DNA of 64,000 bases from Octopus bimaculoides (taxonomy: Eukaryota). Below are positions 1 through 12,677 of this stretch, in pieces. How positions within the stretch are numbered: position 1 is the first letter of the stretch; every line of letters starts with the position of its first letter. The stretch spans positions 15,810,412 to 15,874,411 of the forward strand of contig NC_069000.1 in assembly GCF_001194135.2 (NCBI RefSeq), in the 5' to 3' direction. Position numbers and translations under genes: made by a program. The notes under the pieces are model-generated. The model did no database searches. It saw only the letters and a list, made by a program, of their open reading frames with translations, and was not told where the DNA came from.

Positions 1-850
1 TTTAAATCAAATGAAAGAGGATCGTCGGAAAATGGCACATGATCTGAAATTAACGAAACTCGGTTAAGAAAAAAAAAAAAAGCTCGACATAGAATATTCT
101 CTGTAGCTTCTTCACGATCTGCTGGAATGTCTCTCTACATGATATATTTACTTACCATTCTGTTAAAGAGAGGAAATTATTGAAATTACTCACGACACCT
201 CATCTTAGACATCGTTTTTTTTTTTTTAAACTTGAAAATTATCAAATTAGACATTAGTGTGGGAGAAAATTGACTTGGAATCCAACAGAGAAGGGAAAAT
301 TGATTCATAAACACCAAAAATTATCCAGATATTTTATTAGCAACCTCAATTACAATCGGGTCAAAGTCGAGGAAAGATTTCTTGAAAAAAAAGTACTTGT
401 CACCTGACTCTGTTTCGGACTCTCAAATTCAACAACAATGCTGACCAATTTTTACTCTTTAACATAATGTAGCAATACAAAATGATGATACAATAACGAG
501 AAATCAGAAATTACTCAATTTACACCGGTTACTAATTTTGCCCCATCTCTCTATTAGATGTAGTTTGACGAAGTGAAAGTGGACCGTTACATTAAAGTAC
601 CGCGTAGTGAGATTACCTAATTGTGTTTATTATCAATAGGGGAGGGCTAGCTTTATAGCAAATGAAAGGGATTACTGTTATTTCAAGACCAGGGCCTTTA
701 TAATCAAATTTGAATTTCTCTTGGTTTTGAAGAGGAAATAAAGCTCATTCAGAATCTGCTAATCATGGATAATCCGCGGAGAGAAAATGAAATTATAAAG
801 GACATTTTCAGTCCTCTCTCGAACTAAAATGTGCTACCAGTTTCGTTTAT
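1..850. promoter_or_regulatory. CpG-retaining, promoter-like region upstream of GLMN (possibly bidirectional)
   Basis: CpG dinucleotides are visibly frequent here (atcgtcgg, aatcgggtcaaagtcga, gtaccgcgtag, atccgcgga) and scarce in non-repeat DNA from about 900 to 21500. Judged by eye, not computed. Confidence 0.5.
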
Positions 851-3800
851 TTTGAAATTCATGTTGGAAGTTTTGATAGATACATTTATGGTGGATAAAA
901 AAAAGAAATGGATTGATCAATGTATTTTGAGAGTTCAATGGACGAAATGCAAGAGAGTTTGCATTAGTGAATCAGACTTGTTACCCAGAAAAGCCTCTTC
1001 TCACTTCACTCCTAGAAAACGTAATACAAAATTAAGCTGGTAGAAAAGTCAGTTGAATTTGAAACCCAACCATTCCTCGTTTTTGTTGCTTTTTTATTTT
1101 ATTTCCCCAAGTGGGTTTAGGTCAGAGTGGCATACTGTTGACATGCTCATTTCACGTCAGTAATGGCCATTGTAATAGCAATGAGGAAAGAAAAGAAGGA
1201 AATCCAAACTTAGTATGGACTTACGGTTGTGAAGTATTGATGAATAAAGCTTTGTCAAATAGCTAGCCTCTTTGATTACTGTCTAGAGTATCCCTAATTT
1301 ACTATTTTGTTTGGACCCCCCCAAAATCTTATATGGACCCCAGTTGAGAACCACTGTTTTAGATGTACTGCTGAGCATCCAGATATTTGTAATTAAAATT
1401 ATTGTTCTGATCCTTTCAAAGTGTATTTGGGTAGTACATTATAATTAATTCTCTGTGTATCTCAGTTTACTTAGCTTGCAGCAAAAGCAATGTTCATTTG
1501 AAAATGTCCCTTGCAATTTACTACCACTATAACTAGAAATTTATCTTGTCCTGTTAGCTAACACCTTGATATCTGAATTTAAGCGCAGATTCTTGCAAAC
1601 ATCTTATCAGGAATTAGAAACATTTACTACTTTAAGTAAACAATTTAACTTACACTATTTTGAAGTGTCTGTTTTGATGGGTTGATATGGCAGTGATTTA
1701 TTTAATGGAAAAATTGGTTCTAAATAAGTGAAGCTTCCTTCATGGACTCATATTTCACGTTATATGCATCTATGTAGTGCAGTTTCATCACAGTAAAATT
1801 GTATTAGCTAGTTATATGTTGAAATTTCTCTGTCTTTTAATCCTCAGCTTATTAAATGTTCAAGTGAGTAAATGTTTTTTAATTAGATGTGAATTGGAAA
1901 AAATCATGTTGGATCCATTATTCATATTGTAATATATAATTCTGCTAATATTGCCAATTTAAGGACAAAGTTTGTTAATTATGTAATGAAGTAAATGTTA
2001 ATGTAGGAGCAGTAGTGTAGAATGTAGAATTAAGCTCCAGCAAACTGAGCCATTGGCAATGACCCTTACCTCCTAAAAGGCTGAATTTATCTAATCAGTA
2101 CCATACACAGGTGCTGTTTATGGTCCCAGCCAATCATACTCTGTTTTCAGATGTTTTAGATTTCATTGGTTTGTAGTGCTGAGATCAAGTATTTCCTTGG
2201 TCAAAAATTTACAGTGGACTAATGTTCTATTCAAGGGAAGAAATTTCTCAGTTACTTACCCTCTTGAAAACCAAGTGCAACAATTCATCATCATCATTTA
2301 GTGTCTGCTTTCCATGTTGACATGGCTTAGACAGTTTGAAACTGGTAAGCTGGAGGGCTACATCAATTCCAATCTGATTTAGCATGGTTTCTATGGCTGG
2401 ATGCCCTTCCTAACGCCAACCACTCCAAGAGTGTAGTGGGTGCTTTTTACATGCCACTAGCACGGTTGCCAGTTACATGACACTGGCATCAGCCACAGCT
2501 ATGATTTCACTTGGCGTGACAGGTCTTCTCAAGCACAGCATATCGCCAAAGGTCTGTCACTTATCATTGCCTCCATGAAGCCCAATGTCCGAAGGGTGCT
2601 TATTATGTGACAACCTAAAAAAAACCTGTCAAGATACAGGTTTTTATTAGAGCCATGTTTTTAATAACAGGGTGCCTTTCTTGCTGCTATAAACACTAAC
2701 TTGTAAAGCAAAACTGAAATATATTTGTTATTCAGACAAGCAGAGTTAAGTGTCTTGCTCAAGGTCTCCATACAGTGGCTAGTGGGAGGTTTGAATTAAC
2801 GACTCTGTACCCTGTCACTCAATACATTTAGCTCACACTCGTCATCTTGATACAAATATTATTCTTAGAGGCACAGTTTTTTTTTGGGGGGGGGGCGTGC
2901 TAACATGTATTGAATATAAGTCATTGCCACTTTATATATCTATATATAAAGTGCTCCAGACTCATTCTGGAGGAGCCTGCATCTGTTAAAATTTTTCTGT
3001 AGATTATTTTCTTAAAATCCATGTTCCCAGATTTATATTTCAAGTGAAGTTAATATGTGTTGAGACAGCCATTTGTATGTACAAATATATGCAACACACT
3101 CCAAGCTCTGACCCGCAAACTTGCTGTCTCTCCGCTTTCTGTCTTTCTACTATTACAATTCTTTCTGTTCTTTTGGTGCTATCCAGTCTCATGTCACCTC
3201 TGCTTACACACTCCCGGTTCACTTGTCTCTTCTCTTGTTATTCTCTACTTCATAGGCCCCACATTATATCCAAAACATTGTCCACATGTCTTTCCTCCAG
3301 TTAGTGACTTATAGACTATTCAAGAGGAATCTTGAATCTCATTAGTCCTAGAGTGCCTGCAGAAGCTATGAGCCATCCAATTCCACCAGACTAAACTAGT
3401 GTAAAAAGAGAGGGGTAAAAAAAATAAATAAAATTAAAATAAAATGACCTTTACACATGAAATTGAAAATATTATCTTTAAGATATTAAAAGTTTTAAAT
3501 ATTCAAACCGTTTTGAATATGTCTTTAGTTCCAGGAGAAATGAGTCTTGAACAAAACCTTAAAACTTAATTATGAATGAAATAACTTCTATGGTTTTCAA
3601 ATGCAGAGTGATATTAGATATAAACTCTAATTTGACTAGAGAAACAGATATATTGAAAACATGTTATTTGGTGGGGCGGGGGAGNNNNNNNNNNNNNNNN
3701 NNNNNNNNNNNNNNNNNNNNNNNNNNNNNNNNNNNNNNNNNNNNNNNNNNNNNNNNNNNNNNNNNNNNNNNNNNNNNNNNNNNNNNNNNNNNNNNNNNNN

Positions 3801-4119
3801 NNNNNNNNNNNNNNNNNNNNNNNNNNNNNNNNNNNNNNNNNNNNNNNNNNNNNNNNNNNNNNNNNNNNNNNNNNNNNNNNNNNNNNNNNNNNNNNNNNNA
3901 CAATTTATTTGACATTTTGTCACACACATATATATGATAGGTAGGAATATGTAGCATTTGCTGCATAGAATTGGTGATTTAGTATATCTATGTATTACAT
4001 ATTCAATCTTAGTGGATCCAGTTTGATGCTTTCCTTTTGCTTTTCAGATATTCACTAAAGCCGCCCAGTTGATGTCATCATTGTGAATTGCATTTTCTGT
4101 GATTCTTTGGTTGCTGAGG

Positions 4120-6054
4120 ATGGAGGGCCCACTTGAAACTCTTGCCAAAACCGATGACCCTACTTTATTATATGACCAAATTAAAGAATGCCTCTCCTTT
4201 TGTGATTCCAAGGGACTTGCTAACTATGTTTTAGAACAAGATCTTTCAGAACAGACTATCTTCTTTGATTTAACAAGTGACATTGTACATTGTCTGACGC
4301 AGGAAAACCTTGAACAGAATCCTAGTTTCTTCAAAACTTGTGAATATTGTCTTGCTCATATTATTAAGAAAGGCAAACCTCGTGTCTTGTTACTTGCAAT
4401 CTTAGAAAACTGGGGAGATCTTGTCGATGACACACAGTTCAAATCTGTTCTTGGACCCATTTGTGACTGCCTGTTAAAATTTCCAAAACCTTGTGTGTCC
4501 TCCTTAGAAAATAGCTTGCAAGCAATTTATCGTTATATCTGTTCAGTGGAACTTCCTGATAATAATGCATTAGAAGGAGAAGAGGAACAAAAGCTATTTG
4601 AGAATGATCCTGTTGTCAAAAGGCTGACTGACATTATTCTTGCAACTCTTGATTTTATGAAGCCATTTGTTGAAGCAGTCTCCTTAAAGAACAGAAATAA
4701 CCAGCATGCTTACCAACCACTCCAGGCAGATCTTCTCAATTGGTATCTGTTGGCATTATTAAATAAACCTCTTCTCTTTCTCCATCTAGCTTCTCCAGCC
4801 AATGATAAAACTGCAAAGTCAGAAAGCCACTTATGTGCTGAAAGGCTTTTTTCCCAGCTGGCTTGTCTTCATCAAGATTTTCTTCAGATTGCTGAAGATG
4901 CTCTCTTCTATAACAGCAGCCTAAAATTAGATAAAAAAAAACTCAAAAATGCTGATGAAGAGGAAGAAGAGGCGGAGGATGGAGACAAAACAGAACGTGA
5001 TGATAACATGAGCACTGAGGAACTTGAGAAAGGATTGACTGAGGATAAAAATACAAAAGAAGAGGATGAAGAAGAGACAAAAGCTCCAATACCAGAATTG
5101 TCCATAAGCTGTTTATTGTATTTAGTTTTCTCAGAAAATCTAAATATTAACAGTATACGCTGTGTATATTCTCTAAGATACATATTTGAATACAACATAC
5201 CATTTATTCTTAAACTTCTTGATTCTTCCCAATCTCTCATCTTGTATAAGGGTTTGCATTTGGCCAATAGTTGTTTGCAAAAAATTGAACCTTATACACT
5301 GCGGCCAGTGTTTTTTGAAAATGATTGTTATCTACAACTCTTAACTAGTTTGACTAAGATTATGTTACACTGTTCCCTCCAAACTTTCCGCAAACTCGCC
5401 GTCAACATTTTCACAGATGTTATACGGATGTTTGAACCAGCAGGTCGTTATCAAGCGTATAAATCTTTGTTAGCATGTTGTGAGAATCCTGGTGTTCTTG
5501 GTTATTGTATTCAGTTAATCAAAGATGAGGTAGACGTCTGCTTACAGAAATATCCAGTAGAGGATCAGACTTTCCTTGGTGAAAATTTATTAAAACTGCT
5601 TCGAGCTATTATCCAATTGCCAGATGCAGAAACCACAGATATTCTCCAACATTCCGATCAAATTCTTTCTTCTATGAACTTTGTGCGTTATCTTATATTG
5701 AGAGATCCTCGTTCTAAGAATATTTCTGGGTTTTGGAGTTTAGAGAATAAATTAAGGACTCAGTTCCTTTCCCCTCTTCAAGTGGCTTTAGACATGTCTA
5801 GGGCTCACTATAAACTCGAGCTGAAAAACGTCCTTCATGGAGAAGAAGTGAAGAAGAATGCCCTTGAGGAGAATAGACCAGAGATGACAGTCAATGTTGG
5901 CAACCGGGTGTTGCCCAATCTTCCACCTGACCAATTGGTACAAGTATTTAACAATGCTTTGAATACATTTGACATGATGGGTTGTGTGTTGTGTCGTATT
6001 AATGAGCTCCTTGATCAGCAACCACAGGCTTCCACTGTTAAATCAAACAGTTGA
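4120..6054 (+). CDS. GLMN: Glomulin (GLMN / FAP68 family, RBX1-binding cullin-RING ligase inhibitor), 644 aa, uninterrupted ORF
   Basis: The C-terminus LPDAETTDILQHSDQILSSMNFVRYLILRD...FLSPLQVALDMSRAHYKLE...LPNLPPDQLVQVFNNALNTFDMMGCVLCRINELL matches remembered glomulin motifs. First ATG is at 4120 (the ORF track starts at GTG 4099). Splice acceptor ttccttttgcttttcag ends at 4047. AATAAA at 6130 and 6291. Confidence 0.92.
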   Translation: MEGPLETLAKTDDPTLLYDQIKECLSFCDSKGLANYVLEQDLSEQTIFFDLTSDIVHCLTQENLEQNPSFFKTCEYCLAHIIKKGKPRVLLLAILENWGDLVDDTQFKSVLGPICDCLLKFPKPCVSSLENSLQAIYRYICSVELPDNNALEGEEEQKLFENDPVVKRLTDIILATLDFMKPFVEAVSLKNRNNQHAYQPLQADLLNWYLLALLNKPLLFLHLASPANDKTAKSESHLCAERLFSQLACLHQDFLQIAEDALFYNSSLKLDKKKLKNADEEEEEAEDGDKTERDDNMSTEELEKGLTEDKNTKEEDEEETKAPIPELSISCLLYLVFSENLNINSIRCVYSLRYIFEYNIPFILKLLDSSQSLILYKGLHLANSCLQKIEPYTLRPVFFENDCYLQLLTSLTKIMLHCSLQTFRKLAVNIFTDVIRMFEPAGRYQAYKSLLACCENPGVLGYCIQLIKDEVDVCLQKYPVEDQTFLGENLLKLLRAIIQLPDAETTDILQHSDQILSSMNFVRYLILRDPRSKNISGFWSLENKLRTQFLSPLQVALDMSRAHYKLELKNVLHGEEVKKNALEENRPEMTVNVGNRVLPNLPPDQLVQVFNNALNTFDMMGCVLCRINELLDQQPQASTVKSNS

Positions 6055-7449
6055 CGAGGTAGATTGACAAAATGAAGAAATTAACATTACCTCAACAGAA
6101 AATTGTCCAATTGCTTCAAAACACTGAAAAATAAAAATTCCTTTTAAAACATTTTCTCTTATCAACCTGATCTCCACCCATTCATAGCCAAAACGTTCAT
6201 TGGTAATTACCACACACACACATGTATTTGTGTGTATGTATATATATATATACATACATATATATGCATGCATTTAAATTTGTGAAGGAAAATAAAAAAA
6301 AAAAACCTATTGAATAATTGAAGTAGACTTTGTTTTTATTTGATGTCGAGGTTACCATTGGTTGTCACTCATAGTTTTGTGAAAACCTCTTGAAAAAAAA
6401 TTCATACACAATCTACACGGAACAGAGTTACAATGAAAGGAATCCTCAGCCGTGTGGTTAAGAAGCTTGCTTCTCAATCACATGGATCCAGGTTCAGTCC
6501 AACTGCATGGTACCTTGGGCAAGTGTCTTCAATTATATCCGTGGGCCAACCAAAGCCTTGTTAGTAGATTTGGTAGGTTGAAACTAAAAGATGCTCATTA
6601 TATATATACATATGTATGTGTGTGTACATATATGTATGTGTGTTTGTGTCACCTTATTTTGACTTCATGTGATATTCGTAAATGAGAACCACTGTCATGC
6701 AAACAGTATCAGTCAATTCTAATATTCTACAAAAGACATGTCTGGCTCTGGGGAAATATTTCTTTGCTTGGAGACAGGTGAGGGTTGGTGACAGGAAAGG
6801 CATTTGACTGTAGAAAATCTACCTCAGTAAACTCTGTTTAATCTATGCAAGCATGAAAAAAATGGACATTAGAATAATAATGATGACACTGATATACATA
6901 TGTATGAATTTCTACTCCTATGTTCTAATTCCTTAGATTGTGGACATGGATGTGGATTCAGTAAGCTGTTAACTTATTGCAGTATTATTCAGAAACTCTC
7001 CAATGTACCTACAGCTGCAGTGATGAGCCATTTTACCCTACGTTGAAATTTTAATCTCTTTAATAATCTTAGGTTGTTTTTGTTGTTTTTTTTTTTTTTT
7101 ATGTATAGAAATTCACCCACTCTTTGAAAATGTGAGCTGTCATGTAACTCCTCCACAGCAAGAAACCTGTTCTGCTTTGACCTCTTCTCTCATACTCTCA
7201 GCCCTCATCTACGAGCATAAAGCTACTCTTCTTAAGGTTCATTGTGTTGTAAGCTGCATAGCAATCTCACCAGTACTGGCTGGTATCTTGGTAAAAAGGA
7301 CCCAGTACGTGCTGTAAAAAGTAGTTGACGTCAGGGACATTCAACCATAGAAACCATGCCAAAACATACACTAGAGCATGATGCATCCTTTGAACCCATT
7401 GGATCATGTCAAACCACCCACCTCATGCCAACATATAAGAGGATTGTGT

Positions 7450-7630
7450 GTGACACGTAAAAGCACCCACTACACTCTCTGAGTGGTTGGCGTTTGGAAG
7501 GGCATCCAGCTGTAGAAACTCTGCCAAATTAGATTGGAGCCTGGTGTAGCCATCCGGTTGCACCAGTCCTCAGTCAAATCGTCCAACCCATGCTAGCATG
7601 GAAAGCGGACGTTAAACGATGATGATGATA
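7450..7630 (+). mobile_element. Abundant non-autonomous retroelement with a (GAT)n/RTE-type 3' tail (family A)
   Basis: Ends ...catgctagcatggaaagcggacgttaaacgatgatgatg. Related copies near 2286-2600(-), 13287-13650(-), 15130-15400, 17575-17903(+), 19385-19530(-), 23283-23460(-), 28380-28830(+), 45820-46120(-), 48427-48487(-), 59220-59530(-), 60966-61055(+). Confidence 0.8.
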
Positions 7631-7639
7631 TATATATAT

Positions 7640-8260
7640 TGCATTGACCCCAGTGTTTCACTGGCACTTAATTTATCGACCCCAAAAGAATGAAAAGCAA
7701 TGTCAACCTCAGCAGAATTTGAACTCAAAATGTAACAGCAGATAAAATACTGCTAAGTATTTCACCCAGCATGCTAACGAATCTTGCCACCTTAGTAGTA
7801 ATAATAATAATAATAATAAAAATCCTTTCTACTAAAGGCACAAGGCCTGAAATTTTGTAGAGGCGGGGCTAGTAGATTACATTGGCCCTAGTGATCAACC
7901 GGTACTTAATTTATCAACCCTGAAAGGATGAAAGTTAAGGTCGACCTCAGAGGAATTTGAACTCAGATCGTAAAGACAGGAGAAATGTCACTAAGCATTT
8001 CACCCAGCATGCTAACGATTCTGCCAGCTCGTCAATTTATTACCACCTACAATGATAATGATAGTTTCAAATTTTGACACAATGCCAGCAATTTCTGGGG
8101 AGTGAGGTAAGTCGATTAGATCAACCCCNNNNNNNNNNCACAAGGGATGAAAGGTAAAGTCGACCTTGATGCAATTTGAACCCAGAACATAAAAACATGA
8201 AATACTGGATAACACTTTACCTGGCATGCTAACAATTTTGCCAGCTCACTGCCTTAAATA

Positions 8261-8291
<31 letters not shown>

Positions 8292-8508
8292 TAATCCTTT
8301 CTACTAAAAGCGCAAGGCCTCAAATTTGGGGGAAGGGATTAAGTCCATCACATTGACCCCAGTGCATAACTGGTACTTATTTAATCGATCCTGAAAGGAT
8401 GTAAAGCAAAGTCGACCTCAGTGGAATTTGAACTCTGAACATAGTGACAGATGAACTACAGCAAAGCATTTTGCCCTGTGTGCTAATGATTTTCCAATTC
8501 GCTGCCTT
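7640..8508 (-). mobile_element. Cluster of four co-oriented tRNA-derived SINEs (family B)
   Basis: Repeated unit ...atcgaccccgaaaggatgaaagg...gaatttgaactcagaac...ctgccagctc...ccttaa, separated by (TAA)n tails. Further copies near 15610-15845, 16970-17550, 25655-25873, 46500-46692, 54005-54205, 54670-54815. Confidence 0.8.
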
Positions 8509-8543
8509 AACCTTTCCAAGCCAGGATTTTTCTCAAGATTTGC

Positions 8544-8565
8544 ATGCATCTTCTCAAAAATTTTG
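8544..8565 (+). CDS. COQ9: Candidate first coding exon of COQ9 (MHLLKNF-G)
   Basis: ATG at 8544 is followed by a strong phase-1 donor G|GTAAGA at 8566, the phase required by exon 12584. The joined N-terminus MHLLKNFGRSSGGIVSCHATRTFS resembles a mitochondrial presequence. No homology support. Confidence 0.3.
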
Positions 8566-9068
8566 GTAAGACTATATAGTGTAGATGCTTATTAAATGGT
8601 TTATGACGGTGCCAGTTATGTAGACACTATTTTTAGACAAATAAACAAACACAACTGAAAACAATACCTCCACCTTCATTAAGGCAGAGGTAATAATAAT
8701 AATAATATTAGTAATAACAAGCACTCAGAAAGTACAGACCTCTGCCAAGGCAACATCAATGTCCTCTCAGCGATTAGCCAGAGATGATTTTTAAAATGAG
8801 AATATCTTAAATAAACTCTACTGCTCTCGCAAATGAGAATACTAGAAATGAACCTGATTGCTCTCAAAAATTAAATAAAAAAATTAAAAAAAAAAGACAT
8901 TCCAGAATCCTTATCGGGTACCAGATCGATTCCAAAATCTAATCAGATTGGAGCCTGGTGAGGTCTCCTGGCTTGCCAGTCCCCAATCAAACTGTCCAAC
9001 CCATGCCAGCATGGAAAACGGACGTTAAATGATGATGGTGATGAAATATATATATATATATTTATATA

Positions 9069-9375
9069 TTAGGTTGGCAACTAAGTTCCTGCCGTTTTTT
9101 TTAAAAGGTTTGATAAAAAATAACTAATTAATCAATAATGTATTCACCTTTATTATTTACAACTTCTTCCCGACGTGCAACAAGATTTTCAATACCTCGT
9201 TGGTAGAAATCACCTGATTTCGACTCGAAAAATTGATCCAACCGAGCTCTCAATTCTGCATCAGTATTGAATGAAACTCCATGCATAGCATTTGAAAGAG
9301 GTGGAAATCCATTGGTGCCAAATCAGGAGAGTATGGCGGGTGTGGCAGCACTTCCCAGCCATGCATTTGGGTGCA
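9069..9375 (-). mobile_element. Mariner transposase 3' remnant with a terminal inverted repeat
   Basis: The minus strand reads WEVLPHPPYSPDLAPMDFHLF...QFFESKSGDFYQRGIENLVARREEVVNNKGEYIID* (YSPDLAP motif). TIR-like ttaggttggcaactaagttc follows a TA at about 9069. Confidence 0.85.
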
Positions 9376-9949
9376 TTTTTTGTGGCACCAGCACTAGTCA
9401 GGTTGTCTTGCCCTTGGAAAATCTAAAGAGTCCTCTTGGCCCTATATTCTTTCTGCTTGATTCACCAAACACTTTGGGTGTATTCATGGCACAAGCTCTA
9501 ATAAGATTGCCTACAAATGAAAGAGAAATTAGGAGAGAGAATGTTGACTTCAAATGAGATGCTGAGAGGACTTTTCAGCCGATAGATCAGCCCTGTCATC
9601 TCCTAAGGGTTAAAATTTCTTCAGTCTCGTTTGTTAGTTTTTTTGTTTTTGTTCAGTCCTTTTTCTTTTGTTCTGTGTTGTCATCAACAATACTGCTGAG
9701 GCATTGTTGTTTGATTTCAACCCTTACAAGGTATGTCAAAGAAGATCATAGAGCTTATCTGTTGTAGATGAAAGCTCTCAAGCAGGCACATATATACTTG
9801 GCTTGAGAGCAACCCACCTCTCCCTCTCTCATCCACACACATGCATGAACTGAAACAAATAGAGAATTAAGTGTACTTTCCATACACACAAGAAACTGCC
9901 AGCAGTGGATTTAAACTTCTTTCACTTCATGCTCTTGCTTGGAGCTGTC

Positions 9950-10715
9950 ATCATGCATAGAGCCAACCAAGTGCACCAGTGCTCTCCATTGCTGGTGGTC
10001 CCATGCACAGCCCCTCTGCATCCTCCAAGGTGACATTGAGCCTCTGGAGATTTTCCCCTATCACGTCCAGCATCTGGTGTGGGGCCTACCATTAGGCCTC
10101 AGCTGCTGTGTCAAATGAGAGTAAAGCTCTGGTAGGATGATCCAGAGGGAGATGGAGAACATGTCCATACTAGCTATGAGGTGGGAGGCCGTGGGCTGAT
10201 GCATGCACACACACAGTTCTTTATTGAAAATGTGATGGTACCAACTGATGTTCGCAGTGGTTCTCAGGGCTCTACTATCAAGACATTGATCCTCTTTGCC
10301 AGGGTCTCCAAGAGGGTAGGGCCATGTGTCTGATACATAGAGGAGAATGGAGAGGGCTAATGCATTGTAGATGTGGAGCTTCATCTACCAGGAGATAAAG
10401 GATTAAAGTGGCACCAAAGGGCTTCCATAGAGAGTACATGACTCTGGGGACCAGACCACATCAGTGGTTGATCTCCAGGGTCAGGTTTCCATTGTTGATT
10501 ACCGTGGAGCCCAGGTAGGTGAAGGAGCTGACAAACTCCATGATGTCGGGGCCAGTATGAGGAGGAGGAGAGTCTGAGCCATCTCTGATATGCATCAGCT
10601 TGGTCTTCACCCAACTTACCTGAAGGCCAAGCTTTGCTGATTCTTCATTGTATTTGGTCAGTGCATCTCTGATTTGAACTCCCAAGACTGAAATGGTCTG
10701 GTATTCCAATACCAC
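9950..10715 (-). mobile_element. RTE-type LINE reverse transcriptase C-terminal fragment, degraded
   Basis: EESAKLGLQVSWVKTKLM...FTYLGS...KLHIYNALALSILLYVSDTW...GRPHTRC, spread over three frameshifted ORFs. Confidence 0.88.
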
Positions 10716-12583
10716 ATATATGTAACTATTCTATTTCTGATGAGATAGGCTTCTTTTTTTTTTTTTTTTTTTTTTCTTTTCCTGTTTCGCAACCAAGAAA
10801 CAAGAAGTAAGTTTGTAAGTTAAATAATCTGTCAAGAGTTACTAAGTATTAGAAATATTAGAAATCATTGAAAATGTTAACTTGCTGCTGAATTTTATTT
10901 CAAGCAGCCTCAACCTTTTAGAAATAGCAGCCATCTCCATCTGATCACACCCTACCATAGGTGCAGGCATGGCTGTGTGGTTAAGAAGCTTGCTTTCTCA
11001 CTGTGTTGTTTCAGGTTCAGTCCCACTGTGCAACAGCTTGGGCAAGTGTCTTCTATTATAGTCCAGGGCCAACTTATGCCTTGTGAATAAATTTGGTTGA
11101 TCGAAACTGAGGAAGCCTAATGTGTGTGTGTGTCTTTGTGACTGGGTTTGCTACCCACACACACACATATACACATGATGGGCTTCTTTCAGTTTTTGTC
11201 TGCTAAATCTACTTGCTGGATTTCAGTGGAATTGAACCTGAAACCATGTTGTTAAGAAACAAACTTCTTAACCACAGCAGCACAAGCAGTGGTTTTTTTG
11301 TTGGTATTTAACACCAGGTCAGCCTTGTTCAAGCAGACCTATAACCAAAGGCATTCCAGCGATGACCAGCTTGTCTTTTTTGTAGAGAGCATACAGCATT
11401 AAATTATGTGTCCTTTTTAAGTTTGTAGGGTGGGCTTTGAGGGACATCAAGGACTATACAACATATCCTTTTTTTAAGCTAGAGATTGAGAGAGATTTAG
11501 TTGCTATTTCTAGCAGACTGAGCAACCATGTAAAGTTCTGACCCCTCCCCAACCCCATTATCCCATACAACCATGTAGAGATTCCCTCTAACTCAGAGTA
11601 TTTCATCTTTGATATTAAGTGAAGTCAGACTTCCTCTTGCTTTTGTTGTGTTTATTTGAAGAATATATTCCAATAGAAATCAATGAACACCAAACTAGAT
11701 TCCTTATGGTATTTAGTTTCATTATTTCCTCTGGAATTTGAGTTCAAATCCTGCTTGAATCAACACTACTTTACATTCTTCTAAAGTTTGATAAGTACCA
11801 GTAATTTATTGGTTTTGGTGACATATAAAAGGCACCCACTACATTCTTGGAATGGTTGGCATTGGGAAGGGCATCCAGTGGTAGAAACCCAGCCAAATCT
11901 GGTTTCTACAGCTTTCTGGTTTACCAGCTCCAGTCAAACCACCTTAACCCGTGCCTGCATGGAAAATGGACACTAAATGATGATGATGATTAAGATCCAA
12001 GTTACTATTTAATCTTAACAAAGTTGGCTTTTTTTGTTATTCAGTAGGCTATGCAGGAATAGCTATGTTAGTTCAGAAGTTCATTGTATAACCACATGGT
12101 TCCTGGTTCAATCCCATTGTGCAGTATTTTGGGCCAGCGTCTTCTATCACTGCCTCAGTTTAACCAATGCCTACATAGGTGAAATTTGGTAGGCATAAAT
12201 TGTGCAAAAGCTTACACCCATCATTATTGTCGTCGTCATTTTTTTATTTTTTATGTGTGCTTCCCATGCTGGCATGGGTTGGACTGTTTAACAGGATCCA
12301 TCAGGTTGAAGGACTATGTTTTACTCCTGTGTCACAGTTTTGGCCTGGTTTCTATGGATGGATGCCATCTTTCAAACCTGAACTGCTTTACAGAGTATAT
12401 TGGGTGCAATTTTTATGGCACCGACATTATAGTGAGCGTTTGTCTTGTCTTTGGCAAAATTGAAGAATACCTCTCAAACCCTGTGTCACCTATGCTCAAT
12501 TCATCAACCATTGTACACACATGATGGATGTGTGTTTGTGTGTCATCAAACGTTAGGTATAACATCATCCTGTTTTGTTTCAG

Positions 12584-12677
12584 GTCGATCTTCAGGAGGA
12601 ATAGTTAGCTGCCATGCAACAAGAACCTTTAGCACTGATGATGGACACTCAAAGGAACAGTCCACCACTCCTAATGA
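12584..12677 (+). CDS. COQ9: COQ9 exon (GRSSGGIVSCHATRTFSTDD...TTPNE)
   Basis: tttgtttcag acceptor and gtgagt donor; phase 1 in, phase 2 out, matching the next exon. Low-conservation N-terminal region. Confidence 0.75.

Noticed and set aside
4099-4119. GTG start for GLMN given by the ORF track
   Set aside because: Eukaryotic gene; the in-frame ATG at 4120 is the plausible start.
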